A stretch of 64,000 nucleotides of DNA, taken from positions 99,326,001-99,390,000 of the forward strand of contig OZ076409.1 in the NCBI GenBank assembly GCA_964187785.1, given 5' to 3'. The translations under genes and the position numbers were made by a program. This document shows, piece after piece, positions 1-13,459 of this stretch; positions within the stretch are counted from its first letter, which is position 1; every line of letters starts with the position of its first letter. The DNA comes from Amphiscolops sp. MND2022. Lineage: Eukaryota. The notes below the pieces were generated by a model, which made no database searches, was not told where the DNA came from, and was given only the letters and a program-made list of their open reading frames with translations.

Positions 1-3000
1 ACAAGCCGGGAACGGCCAAAGTCGGCGCTATATCTAAGGCACAAAATTGTAAAAGTGGGGACCCTTCGGGCTTTTTGAAATTCCAGTTGATTGCAAAATA
101 TGAAAAAAAATGAAGGGACCCTTGAGAGATTTTTTAAAAATTCGGGAAAAAATTTTTGAAATGAGATTTTCAAACAGTGTCACAGTGCCGAAAATTGTGA
201 AAGGGGGACCCTTTGGGATTTTTTGACATCCATTGTGTTGCAAAATATCGGAACAAACGAAGGGGAGACCATTTGGTGGAATCCAAAAAAAAGTTCAATT
301 TTTTTGCTGGTTTGCGACAGAATGGATGTTGGAAAATCCCAAATGGTCCCCTTTTCAGTTTTTCGGCATTGTGAAACTTTTCTCCTAAAATTTTTTCTCT
401 TTAGCGCGCCAGGGGCTCGCGCTAGCGGGCCCCGGCGCGCCACTCGGTTCATTTTTTGGCTTTTCGATTTTCGAGTACTGTAAATTGACACTTGCAAGTC
501 CTTTTGCTATTTTTGGGCCTTGGATATGGTGCCGACTTGTGCCGGTCCCGGCTTGTTTTTCTTTAAGACAGACTCGAAGCAACGAACGTTAACGTTCAGT
601 ATGTTCAACTAAAGTAAACTAAACGAATTCCCGGTAAACGCATCTAAGTTATTCCAAAGGGTCCCCCTTTTGGTTTTTACTATTTAAACGCAATCTACAA
701 AACCGGACGGGACTGAAGGGTTTCGATTTTTTTTCGGCACTACGATTTTTTTTCGATTTTTTTTGTCTCCAAAGGGTCCCCCTTTGGTTTTTTTTTACTT
801 TTTGAACGTAGCCTACAGAACCGGATGAGTGTAAAGGGCCCCCCTTTCGGTTTTTTCGGCACTGCAACTTCTCGAAAGTTTTTCGCCTCCAAAGAGCCCC
901 CTTCGATTTTATTTGAGCCTTAGATATAGCGCCGACTTGAGACGTTCCCGTCTTGTTTACTTTCTGCTTCGTCTTCTGGAATGCTCTAGACGAAATCGTT
1001 GTAGCAGCTGTTATGCGCCAAGGTCTCTTTTGTCAAGAATTATGAACTGGATTTTGGATCTTCCTCATTGGTTATATCTCAAATCAGAACCGTTTAAAAC
1101 CTGCGTTTTGTTAGACTTGATCGTATTTTAGATTTTGTAGAATTTTCAACAAAAGGACCTCGCGTACCGAAACGGGGATTTAGTGTAGAAAGAGAAGATT
1201 TTGTGCCCTTATAAGGTGCGTGTCAGTGAAAAGAGTTTGGGTGTCAGTACGCTGCAAGCTGAAGAGCCTCCTTACAGTGTGAATAACGGTGCCATAAAAT
1301 AAATTTGGAAAACATCGGTACGTGGAGAGTATTTTTATTATTTCTGCGATAACAGGAATATTATTGAAATCCCAAGATGTCTACTTTTTTTTCAGTACAA
1401 TTCTTCGCACGATACTGAATAATTCAGATATTTGTTCGGCAGTGACTATAAGCGTGAGAATTAAATTTCTCAAGCTGCCGACATTTCAATTCTCGTGCGA
1501 TGGAACGAGCGAGTGGTAATAATGCATTCGTACGCTGACGTCATTGAGATGAAGCGAGGGAATGTTCGTAATTATGCGTGAATTATTCGTTCGTTGAGAA
1601 CTTCGCCTGCATTCAAATGCGAATGCGAAACTTCGTCTACGCTTAGTAGTTATATTTTCTTTAGTCCGAGAAGAATTAAAGGCGGTGCAAACTTGGATTA
1701 CGTACCAAATAACATAAAAGCAAATAACATAAAAACAAAATTAGTTTCGAATAACATAAAAATGAAATTAGTTTCAAATAACAGATATAAAATCGAATGC
1801 CCGGTTAAACAATCGAACTCACGAAATTTTATTTGTAATTTTCATAGTTATTTCAGTGAATCTTTTGAATTGTGAATGATTTTGACCAGTAAAACTTTCT
1901 CGTAAACAATTTTATTTCTATGTTTTGTGAAACTCATCTCATTTTTATGTTCTTTGAAACTAATTTTGTTTTTGTTATTTTCTCTTATTGCACATGACGA
2001 AGTCAATGTGCATTGCAGTCCAGCTAAGAAAGTTTTTTTTTCCACAATAGCCAACTTCATAATAAGGGCCTTTTCGAGAAAAGCCAAAACCCCAGAGAGA
2101 TTCGAACCTGCAGCCTCCCGATTGCGCGGCATAAGTGTTAACCACTGTGCCATAAGGACGTTATTGAATAAAGTTGAACTGTTGAATATATACGCATGCG
2201 ATTAAAATAATATATATACGCATATTAAAATAATAGTTGTCTTCGTCATGTGTTGCGAAGCACCGCTTCGCCTCTGTGTGTTATTTGGGAATTCACCGTA
2301 AACTTGTACAGTGATTAATTGTGCGCTAAATTATGATTAAACAGGAGTGTATTGGTATTCCAGATATGATTCTATTATAGCAGAAATAATAATGTGCCTC
2401 GGAGGGGCCTATTTTATAGATTGGGACAATATATCACAAATTTTATTGATCCTCAGCTTTGATGTTTCTAGAATTGATAAGTTCAAAAGGGAAGCGTGGA
2501 AAAAATGTAACCCGTGCTAGATGCTTTTAATTTTTTTTCAAAAATTGTTTTTCAGTAAGTCAGTTGCATATGGTTGTTTTGTGTTTAGACAGTGATGCCT
2601 TTTTTTCTCTATTTTACTCCTTTTAGTTTTTTGTGAGAAACCGCGCGTACTGAAACGGTGGCTTGGTGTAGAGAGGAGATTTTGTGCCCTTATTACATGA
2701 AGGACATGTCTGACAAGAGTTTGGGTGTCAGTGCTCATTTATATTTATTTTTTAGAATTGTAATTTGAATTGGGCATGGAAATAAAATTTTGAACAAAAC
2801 GTTTGATTGTTGAAACCTTGACCTAGTTTTTGAATCTCTGTGAAAGAAGAGGTTTTCAAAAGTCTTGCTTAGAAAATTTCTTGCGAAGGTTCACTGAAAC
2901 CGATAGCTGCTACTTGGTGTTCCGATACTCGAATTTACAATGATTCATTGTCGATAACCTTTTTCTATATTTGTGAAAAAGTACTTTTCGTCATTATTTA

Positions 3001-3366
3001 AATTTGAATTAGCTATTCAACTTGCTCCATTTCAACGGAGCCTCTTTGAACCACTTGAAATTCAAACGATAATTCGAAGAATTTTTAGATCCGATATTTG
3101 AATGTCCGTCACTGCTTGTAAGGCAATGCATTGTCGTTTAACACCTTGAAAGAATTTTGCCAGATCTATGTGTAACTTCCGCTAGATGCTTTTTAATTTT
3201 TTCAAAAAAAAGATTGTTTTCCTTTAGTTTTTCAGTTGCTTCTCGTTGGTAACAGATTTTTTAACAATAATCGATTGAAAATTTTTTCAAAAATCGAATC
3301 TGTTAAACCAATTTTTGCCATGAATCCGAATTCAACCAATTCTTAACAACTTTTTTGGCACATTAG

Positions 3367-3409
3367 GGTTTACTTTTGTGGTCATTTCCTAAAAGTTCTT
3401 GAAAACCAG
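3367..3409 (+). CDS. Unknown gene, candidate micro-exon
   Basis: cattag|G GTT TAC ... AAC CAG|gtgagt (strong donor); VYFCGHFLKVLENQ; phase 2/0. Confidence 0.5.
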
Positions 3410-4074
3410 GTGAGTGGTTGGGAGTTCAGAAAAGGTGCCGAAACTGGACATGGCTGCCTGGCCTTCCTTGAACTCCTAAACCATTTCTGAATTTTGTGTT
3501 TGGGACTTGAGTTTTTTAATCGAATCTGTTTAACAGATTGATTAATGGTTAAAAACGTTTAACAAACCATTTTTTAAGCTAATGGTTAACAAGACGGGAA
3601 CGTCTAAAGTCGGCGCTATATCTAAGGCTCAAAACCCGCAGACTTGAAATATGCGTATGACGTTTTCATGAAAAACTGTTTTCGGACCTCCGCCTCCTTC
3701 TTACTAAAACGCAATATAGTTCGGATATAACGAGGGGGGACTTCAATAAAATTGAAGTGGGAAAAAATCTCACAGCGCCGAAAAATTGAAGGGGACCCTT
3801 TAGTCTCATCCGGTTTTGTATGTTAAGTTTAAAAAGTAAAAACGGAAAGGGGGACCATTTGCGATAACTTAGATGCGTTTCCAAGGTATTCGTTTAGTTG
3901 AACAAACTGAACAAAAATTTCGTCGCTTCGAGTCTGTCTTAAAAAACGAGTGACTGCAACAGTCGGGCTCTTTTATTAATGAAAGTGCCGACTAAAAACG
4001 TCTAACAAACCATTTTTCAACCAATTTGTTAAACCGGTGGTTCAAGTGTACATCACTGGTTTTGTGTGTAACAG

Positions 4075-4190
4075 GTGATAGACAAGTGGACCTGTCTGTG
4101 TCAGCACAACCATTGGGTGTCAGTGTACGACTTCCTCATCTCCAAACAGAAACACTCTGGCGGCAGCCCCTCCCACGCTGCATCTCTCAT
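4075..4190 (+). CDS. Unknown gene, candidate exon (copy 1)
   Basis: taacag|GTG; GC-richer frame VIDKWTCLCQHNHWVSVYDFLISKQKHSGGSPSHAASL; weak donor AT|gtcata, phase 2. Confidence 0.5.
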
Positions 4191-5910
4191 GTCATACCTA
4201 GAATAATATCAATATCATTAGTCTTAATTATACTCATTATTAGTCTCCTTCCTTGTTCATTATGCTACAGTAAAAGTTGATTGTGAACCACATTTTCCTC
4301 GTTTTTAACGAAAAAGTAAACGTTGCGAAATGAGATTCAGCAATTCTCGGTTATTAGAACAGAAAACTAATTGGGATCAGGGTTTTAAAAAACATATTTA
4401 TTATCATTCGTGCGGTACCAGGAATATTATTGATATCTGAATTGTTCAGATCTTTTTTCAGTTCAATTTCCGTCTGATTCCGAGCACGTACTGGAAAATT
4501 CAGATATTTTGCTCGGCAGTGAGTATAACCGAGAGATTTAAATTTCTCAAGCTGCCGACAACACTTCGTTTCTCGTGCAGTGGAGCGAGCGAGTGGTAAT
4601 TATGTTTTCGTACGCCGAGTTATTGAGATGAAGCGAATGAGTGTTAATTATTTGTTCGTTTTTTCAGTTCAATTTTTGTCGTGATAACTAGTGCCTACTT
4701 AAAAATCAGATATTTTGTTCGGCAGTGAGTATAAGTGGTAGATTTAATTTTAATTTTCTCAATGATTCGATTCTCGTGCGATGGAACAAGCGAGTGGTAA
4801 TTATGCTTTCGTACGCCGAGTCATTGAGATGATGCGAACGTGAGTTAATTATTCGTTCGCCGAGAGCTTCGCCTGCATTTAAATGCGAATGCAAAACTTC
4901 GTCTACGCTTAGTAGTTATATTTTCTTTAGTCCGAGAAGAATTAAGGGCGTTGTAAACTGGTAGAGTGATTAATTGTGCGCTTTATAATTTAAGATATGC
5001 TTCTATTATTGAACATAAAACCCTAAAAGCAGAAATAGTGCTCTGCCCCGCATGGGCCTATTTTTGAAAAGCCTGTTCAAGTATTCTCAAAATCTTGTGA
5101 TGAACTTATGTAAAAAGTGTCTGAACGAAATTGGAAAGAATAGTCGTTTCCGTGGCTGTGGAAGCTCCTGCTGAACTAACTATAAGGCAATTCAATTGTG
5201 AAATACTTAATTTTCAAATTTTGAGACTATTTTCAAAATAATTCCATTATCTACAAAAAGAATCACTTTCACTTTTTTCAGCTTCTCACAATTAAGAAAC
5301 TTTATGATATTTACTTAATGTGATTTATGGATAACCAACGTTTTGAGTTTTTTAATCGAATCTGTTTAACAGATTGATTAATGGTTAAAAACGTTTAACA
5401 AACCATTTTTTAAGCCAATGGTTAACAAGACGGGAACGTCTAAAGTCGGCGCTATATCTAAGGCTCAAAACCCGCAGACTTGAAATATGCGTATGACGTT
5501 TTCATGAAAAACTGTTTTCGGACCTCCGCCTCCTTCTTACTAAAACGCAATATAGTTCGGATATAACGAGGGGGGACTTCAATAAAATTGAAGTGGGAAA
5601 AAATCTCACAGCGCCGAAAAATTGAAGGGGACCCTTTAGTCTCATCCGGTTTTGTATGTTAAGTTTAAAAAGTAAAAACGGAAAGGGGGACCATTTGCGA
5701 TAACTTAGATGCGTTTCCAAGGTATTCGTTTAGTTGAACAAACTGAACAAAAATTTCGTCGCTTCGAGTCTGTCTTAAAAAACGAGTGACTGCAACAGTC
5801 GGGCTCTTTTATTAATGAAAGTGCCGACTAAAAACGTCTAACAAACCATTTTTCAACCAATTTGTTAAACCGGTGGTTCAAGTGTACATCACTGGTTTTG
5901 TGTGTAACAG

Positions 5911-6026
5911 GTGATAGACAAGTGGACCTGTCTGTGTCAGCACAACCATTGGGTGTCAGTGTACGACTTCCTCATCTCCAAACAGAAACACTCTGGCGGC
6001 AGCCCCTCCCACGCTGCATCTCTCAT
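5911..6026 (+). CDS. Unknown gene, same candidate exon (copy 2 in tandem duplication)
   Basis: Appears identical to 4075-4190 at a 1836-bp offset. Confidence 0.45.
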
Positions 6027-7571
6027 GTCATACCTAGAATAATATCAATATCATTAGTCTTAATTATACTCATTATTAGTCTCCTTCCTTGTTCATTATG
6101 CTACAGTAAAAGTTGATTGTGAACCACATTTTCCTCGTTTTTAACGAAAAAGTAAACGTTGCGAAATGAGATTCAGCAATTCTCGGTTATTAGAACAGAA
6201 AACTAATTGGGATCAGGGTTTTAAAAAACATATTTATTATCATTCGTGCGGTACCAGGAATATTATTGATATCTGAATTGTTCAGATCTTTTTTCAGTTC
6301 AATTTCCGTCTGATTCCGAGCACGTACTGGAAAATTCAGATATTTTGCTCGGCAGTGAGTATAACCGAGAGATTTAAATTTCTCAAGCTGCCGACAACAC
6401 TTCGTTTCTCGTGCAGTGGAGCGAGCGAGTGGTAATTATGTTTTCGTACGCCGAGTTATTGAGATGAAGCGAATGAGTGTTAATTATTTGTTCGTTTTTT
6501 CAGTTCAATTTTTGTCGTGATAACTAGTGCCTACTTAAAAATCAGATATTTTGTTCGGCAGTGAGTATAAGTGGTAGATTTAATTTTAATTTTCTCAATG
6601 ATTCGATTCTCGTGCGATGGAACAAGCGAGTGGTAATTATGCTTTCGTACGCCGAGTCATTGAGATGATGCGAACGTGAGTTAATTATTCGTTCGCCGAG
6701 AGCTTCGCCTGCATTTAAATGCGAATGCAAAACTTCGTCTACGCTTAGTAGTTATATTTTCTTTAGTCCGAGAAGAATTAAGGGCGTTGTAAACTGGTAG
6801 AGTGATTAATTGTGCGCTTTATAATTTAAGATATGCTTCTATTATTGAACATAAAACCCTAAAAGCAGAAATAGTGCTCTGCCCCGCATGGGCCTATTTT
6901 TGAAAAGCCTGTTCAAGTATTCTCAAAATCTTGTGATGAACTTATGTAAAAAGTGTCTGAACGAAATTGGAAAGAATAGTCGTTTCCGTGGCTGTGGAAG
7001 CTCCTGCTGAACTAACTATAAGGCAATTCAATTGTGAAATACTTAATTTTCAAATTTTGAGACTATTTTCAAAATAATTCCATTATCTACAAAAAGAATC
7101 ACTTTCACTTTTTTCAGCTTCTCACAATTAAGAAACTTTATGATATTTACTTAATGTGATTTATGGATAACCAACGAAATTCATTTTTGATCGTTTTTAC
7201 CCAAGAGTAGCAAAATCAAAAAAAGTGAAGACTGTTACTTGCGACAGTTTTCACTCCAGATTATCGCGAGTTGCGATTAAACGTTTCTGTTTCATGATCT
7301 ATTTTCTTTTGTGGTTGGAGAAAAACGAAATTTAAGAAAATTTTTTCGGCACTGTGCGACTTTTTTTCCCGAAAATTAAGGAAAATTAGCACAGTGCCCA
7401 AAACTAAGGTTGCAGCTTTGCATTGATCACAAAATTTTAGTCCTGCGCGGGGCTCGAACCCAGGACTACCTGCTTGCAAAGCACGCACCCTAACTAATAA
7501 ATAACGTCTAATTTGAATAACGATGATGAAGAATAATGCGATAGCGAGAACGTTTTTCTCAGAAATTCATC

Positions 7572-7790
7572 TCGACACTTCGACTACTGAAGTCCAATCT
7601 GAGAAGCAGGATGGGTCAACAAAGACTCACATCTAAGGCATTAATTGACGTCCATAAAAACGTTCAAATTGATGTTGAAACCGTTATAACTAGATTTGGT
7701 GTGAAAAGTAAAAGACTTGATTTCTGAATTCATGCTTCTTAATTAGTGTTTTCAAGGAAGCCCCCTGTAGAAATTTTCTAAATCCGCCCT
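7572..7790 (+). pseudogene. hAT transposase C-terminal remnant and probable right end
   Basis: STLRLLKSNLRSRMGQQRLTSKALIDVHKNVQIDVETVITRFGVKSKRLDF* (stop at 7725-7727) fits the hAT dimerisation domain of ZMYM1/THAP12-like elements; followed by atccgccc, a TIR-like end. Confidence 0.75.
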
Positions 7791-10386
7791 CGGTTTGACA
7801 TTGCTAATATTTTTCGCTAAACCGCTATTTTCAAAATCGCAATTTCGCTGAAAAACTTTTTCTTCAATTATTAAATGTTTGAATTCAAGTATGTTTCAAA
7901 ATTCAACGGTAACGTTTTTAAATTTTTGAAAGAAAACTACTGTAATTTTTTATACTGCGTGAGTTTTACAAGTGTAAGAGTTGAATTTTTTTGAAATTCA
8001 TTTTGAAACTTCGTGTATTTTCCGAGGAAATTTTGAATTTGGACAATCTATTTGTTGCCGCTAATTTGAATCGCTAATAAAATCGCTGGAAAAATCTATG
8101 CAGCCGCTAGTTCATTAAATTACTGATTAGCGGTGTCAAAACTCTGCCATCTAGCTTCGCATTTGAGGAATATGCGCTGAATTTTTTAGAAAGTGGCCGC
8201 TACTGTGATAGGCGAAAAACACTGTGCACAATTTTGTCCAAAAATCGCCGACTAAAAACGCAAGAAGACTAGTTTAGATAGAATTCAACTGCATCGGTTT
8301 CTTTTCGATCTAATTTTTTAAGCCACTAATTTTTTAAAAATTTAATTAGTGACATTTAAGGACAATGAGATTAAATGAAAAGCTTTCACCTGCTAATTGG
8401 TCCAAATTTTAGCTTAGCTGGCAAAGGCTGCTAGGTTTTTCGAGATCTTCTGCTGAAAATTCACTAATAGCTTTTAGTGTTCCAGTAATAGTAGTTGGCA
8501 ACCAATCAATGCCATTATGAGGAGAAAAGGTTGTCAGCTCTTTCTCAATCGCATTCTTGCTGCTCTTGATTAACCTTTGCTCATTCGTTCACTGGGCGTG
8601 GATTTCGAGAAGGAATTACGACTATCGATTCCATCTTCGCAAGTGGTTTGCAGCCAAAAAACATCATCAGTAGTGATTCTCTTTTTCTTGCAGACAAGTT
8701 GGTTTATTCTGCTGTTTTTATTGTGCCATTCTGTGACTGTTTGTAAGGAAACGCAACTTTGTGGCCTCAAAAATATAAGTAGAGGTGTGAACAAATTTTT
8801 GTGATCAAAGTGTTTCTTCTTTAAAAAGGCATGACCACTTTACTTTAAATCAACAACACATTTTTAGGATTCCGTTAGTTAACTCTGCACCAGGGTTTTG
8901 ACATCGCTAATTTTTTTCCGCTTATTTCAAAATCGCTATTTCGCTGAAAAGGTTTTCTCCATTTAACTATCAAATATTTGACTTCAAATATATCTAAAAA
9001 TTAATTGATAACCTATTTCATTTTTCAAGAAAAAGGCTGGAATTTTTAATAACGAAAATCACCTAAAATAATTATATAGCTAGTTAGTATCCATCAGCCA
9101 AAAATAATTTAGGTTGAAATTGTGAGCGGTTGAAGTAGCAACGAATGGAATTGCACAGGATGAAATGTCTTGAGACCGGTTGTATTTTATGTGGGAGCGA
9201 GCAATAAAACCTTAGGGGTGTCTTGCAATCGGAGAATGTCTTATGAAAAGAGGAACACGATATTAAAGTAGTTTCTAATATCTGAAATATCTAACTATTG
9301 CAGTGCTCATAGACTCAACATAGAGTGCATTTCTCCTTAATCAATCAATCAGGACAGTTCTTTAGGTTCGTGAGATCTTTGAATAATTTTAATTTCCAAA
9401 AAATGAGTTCGAGTCTCTCAAATATCAAAAAAAATGTAAACTAGATTAAATTTTAAGAAAATTTTGTAGCTGACACATTTATAGATTTGTGACAGTTCAC
9501 GAGATATTTGGTTTTCATTTTTGCCATTTTGACTAATGGAGTTGTATTTTTGTTTGTAAAGAATACAGTGTAGGACGCTGAAAATTTGCAAAACGATATT
9601 CAAAATTCCCGAACCAATCAGATGATAGATTAAATTTTCTAAATAGACAGTCAAAATTCTCGAATCGACATTCAATTTTACCAATCCCTCAGCAGACCAC
9701 AGCTCGCATACAGCTTGTAATTAAGATTGAAAATTTGCGCCGCTATGCGAAGCAGCATTTTCATTCTTTCTACTTCTAGTAGAATGACAGTAACGTCCAT
9801 TTTGTTTAAATTGATTGTCTAGTTGTTGGAATTAGCCAATTAGAATCAGGATTGATAAAACAGACTGGTTTTGGAAAACAATTTTGAATGTTGTCTTGCA
9901 AATTTTCAACGTTTTACACTGTAGTCGATCCAAATCGTCGCTACAACTGAGCAATACATTGTAATGAACATGCCGCCCGCTATGCAGCAGGATATTTCCC
10001 GCCTTCGATTGATAGTGGAAATCGAAAATTTACCTCCTCCTTGGTAAAACGCATATTATTTCGGGTATAACGTCAAAATTTGGATATAGCGCAATTTTTT
10101 TGAACGTCCGCTTCCTCCGTAGAAAAACAACACAATTAACTTCGGATATAACGTCAAAAGTTCGGATATAGCGTGCTGGGACAAATGGGAACGCTTGTTT
10201 TAGAACATCTGCCTCATTAGAACGCAATATTAAATTTAAAATGGAGTAAAAGAAACCTGAGTTTTGGCAGAATTAGTAAAAAAAAGCAACACAGATCATA
10301 ATAAATTGTGGAGGCGGAAAATAATGAACGAGGCGGCCACAAAGTTGTTGGACGTGTAGTGTAGTGAAGTGTACAGTGGTAGTAGC

Positions 10387-10729
10387 CAGGGTTGGTTAAA
10401 AAACATTTTAAAGTTTTTTTATACGTTTAAAACGTTTAAAAACAGGGTTTGAGGGTGAAAAACAATTCAATTCCTTATCACAAAAACTACTCAGAAACCT
10501 CAGCAGAATTCAGCAAGCGCATACAAAATGCCAGTTTACGGACTTTCTCAGGATTCAGTCTATTCCGAATTTCCCACACCGCATCAAGTGGACGTCCTTT
10601 ATTCATAACTCTGAAAACACTACAAGACAAAGGGCCCTGAAAAACGGAAAGCATGTTTGCGAAAAGAGGCGATAACTGTTTTAAAACACTCCCTGGCAAT
10701 TGTCCTTGTTTTAAAACATGCCAACCTTG
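10387..10729. mobile_element. hAT-type MITE next to an exon acceptor
   Basis: TIR cagggttgg / ccaaccttg; near-TSD gtagtagc / gtagtagg. Confidence 0.6.
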
Positions 10730-10740
10730 GTAGTAGGTAG

Positions 10741-10972
10741 AATGTTTCTGTTCGAACATTACATCGAGGAGAAGATCAACCAGAGTCTGGCTGATCCGGA
10801 AGTGAAGCAGTTGTTCCATCTCGTGCTCATAGACCTGCTGGACAAGAATGGCGAGATCGTGCGACTCAAGAATGTGTTGCTGATGGTGACTCAGCGTATG
10901 ATGACGTTGGAACAGAAACTAGACGACCACATGTCCTTCTCTCTTCAACTTGAATGCAAACCCCCCATTGTG
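10741..10972 (+). CDS. Unknown gene, internal exon (helical/coiled-coil-like)
   Basis: gtag|A ATG ... GTG|gttagt; MFLFEHYIEEKINQSLADPEVKQLFHLVLIDLLDKNGEIVRLKNVLLMVTQRMMTLEQKLDDHMSFSLQLECKPPIV; GC3-rich codons like the UGDH exons. Confidence 0.7.
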
Positions 10973-10980
10973 GTTAGTAG

Positions 10981-13459
10981 TTCGGCATCTCTTTCCTTCC
11001 TTTCCAAGTTTTTGTATCTTAATCTCAAAATTAATCTCAAATCCAAAAAAAATATTTGTCAACAAATACAAACAATAGCAAAATAGCAAGGCCTTTTTCA
11101 AGGTTATTTTATCGAAATTAGAGAAATATTTCTAAAATATGAAACATTTTACCTGTCCGGGAATCGAACCTAGGCCAGTCGAATACCGGTCTTGTATTCT
11201 ACCGCTAGGCTAAGTTGCCTCGAAACGGAACGATTCTTATTTGCTTTTAATCTTATCGCTGAGCTAATTGTTTGTCAACATTCAGCATCTCTTTCCTTCC
11301 TTTCCAAGTTTTTGTATCTTAATCTCAAAATTAATCTCAAATCCAACAAAAATATTTGTCAACAAATACAAACAATAGCAAAATAGCAAGGCCTTTTTCA
11401 AGGTTATTTTATCGAAATTAGAGAAATATTTCTAAAATATGAAATATTTTACCTGTCCGGGAATCGAACCTAGGCCAGTCGAATACCGGTCTTGTATTCT
11501 ACCGCTAGGCTAAGTTGCCTCGAAACGGAACGATTCTTATTTGCTTTTAATCTTATCGCTGAGCTAATTGTTTGTCAACATTCAGCATCTCTTTCCTTCC
11601 TTTCCAAGTTTTTGTATCTTAATCTCAAAATTAATCTCAAATCCAACAAAAATATTTGTCAACAAATACAAACAATAGCAAAATAGCAAGGCCTTTTTCA
11701 AGGTTATTTTATCGAAATTAGAGAAATATTTCTAAAATATGAAATATTTTACCTGTCCGGGAATCGAACCTAGGCCAGTCGAATACCGGTCTTGTATTCT
11801 ACCGCTAGGCTAAGTTGCCTTAAAACGGAACTATTCTTATTTGCTTTTAATCTTATCGCTGAGCTAATTGTTTGTCAACATTCAGCATCTCTTTCCTTCC
11901 TTTCCAAGTTTTTGTATCTTAATCTCAAAATTAATCTCAAATCCAACAAAAATATTTGTCAACAAATACAAACAATAGCAAAATAGCAAGGCCTTTTTCA
12001 AGGTTATTTTATCGAAATTAGAGAAATATTTCTAAAATATGAAATATTTTACCTGTCCGGGAATCGAACCTAGGCCAGTCGAATACCGGTCTTGTATTCT
12101 ACCGCTAGGCTAAGTTGCCTTGAAACGGAACGATTCTTATTTGCTTTTAATCTTATCGCTGAGCTAATTGTTTGTCAACATTCAGCATCTCTTTCCTTCC
12201 TTTCCAAGTTTTTGTATCTTAATCTCAAAATTAATCTCAAATCCAACAAAAATGTTTGTCAACAAATACAAACAATAGCAAAATAGCAAGGCCTTTTTCA
12301 AGGTTATTTTATCGAAATTAGAGAAATATTTCTAAAATATGAAATATTTTACCTGTCCGGGAATCGAACCTAGGCCAGTCGAATACCGGTCTTGTATTCT
12401 ACCGCTAGGCTAAGTTGCCTTAAAACGGAACTATTCTTATTTGCTTTTAATCTTATCGCTGAGCTAATTGTTTGTCAACATTCAGCATCTCTTTCCTTCC
12501 TTTCCAAGTTTTTGTATCTTAATCTCAAAATTAATCTCAAATCCAACAAAAATATTTGTCAACAAATACAAACAATAGCAAAATAGCAAGGCCTTTTTCA
12601 AGGTTATTTTATCGAAATTAGAGAAATATTTCTAAAATATGAAATATTTTACCTGTCCGGGAATCGAACCTAGGCCAGTCGAATACCGGTCTTGTATTCT
12701 ACCGCTAGGCTAAGTTGCCTTGAAACGGAACGATTCTTATTTGCTTTTAATCTTATCGCTGAGCTAATTGTTTGTCAACATTCAGCATCTCTTTCCTTCC
12801 TTTCCAAGTTTTTGTATCTTAATCTCAAAATTAATCTCAAATCCAACAAAAATGTTTGTCAACAAATACAAACAATAGCAAAATAGCAAGGCCTTTTTCA
12901 AGGTTATTTTATCGAAATTAGAGAAATATTTCTAAAATATGAAATATTTTACCTGTCCGGGAATCGAACCTAGGCCAGTCGAATACCGGTCTTGTATTCT
13001 ACCGCTAGGCTAAGTTGCCTCGAAACGGAACGATTCTTATTTGCTTTTAATCTTATCGCTGAGCTAATTGTTTGTCAACATTCAGCATCTCTTTCCTTCC
13101 TTTCCAAGTTTTTGTATCTTAATCTCAAAATTAATCTCAAATCCAACAAAAATGTTTGTCAACAAATACAAACAATAGCAAAATAGCAAGGCCTTTTTCA
13201 AGGTTATTTTATCGAAATTAGAGAAATATTTCTAAAATATGAAATATTTTACCTGTCCGGGAATCGAACCTAGGCCAGTCGAATACCGGTCTTGTATTCT
13301 ACCGCTAGGCTAAGTTGCCTCGAAACGGAACGATTCTTATTTGCTTTTAATCTTATCGCTGAGCTAATTGTTTGTCAACATTCAGCATCTCTTTCCTTCC
13401 TTTCCAAGTTTTTGTATCTTAATCTCAAAATTAATCTCAAATCCAACAAAAATGTTTGT
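10981..13459. repeat. 300-bp tandem array, about 8.3 copies, intronic
   Basis: Sequence lines repeat exactly every 300 nt with a few variant sites. Confidence 0.98.
11151..11219 (-). ncRNA. tRNA-like Pol III module (first of 8 copies, 300-bp spacing, last at 13251-13319)
   Basis: Minus strand ggcaact TAGCCTAGCGG tagaatacaagaccggtattcgactggccta GGTTCGATTCC cggacaggt: A and B boxes at tRNA spacing. Acceptor stem does not pair, so SINE-like rather than tRNA. Confidence 0.6.

Larger units (their letters stand above)
3507..7176. repeat. Near-identical direct tandem duplication, 1836-bp period (3507-5340 / 5343-7176)
   Basis: Identical ORFs at a 1836 offset (3666/5502, 4026/5862, 4706/6542); only one substitution noticed (aagctaat vs aagccaat). 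Confidence 0.95.

Noticed and set aside
34..1131. K/F-rich short ORFs (LRYSADLRRSRLV, PGTAQVGAISKAQK and similar, throughout the window)
   Set aside because: Translations of family A repeat termini that recur in many copies.
4026..4280. 84-aa ORF MLNRWFKC... as a gene
   Set aside because: Different frame from the one supported by the upstream exon phase and codon bias. A terminal reading (...SYLE*) of the supported frame is not excluded.
10981..13459. CRISPR-like array, or repeated 64-aa gene (MYSTARLSCL...)
   Set aside because: Units are identical throughout with no unique spacers; the ORFs start at TTG inside an intronic AT-rich repeat and lack coding bias.
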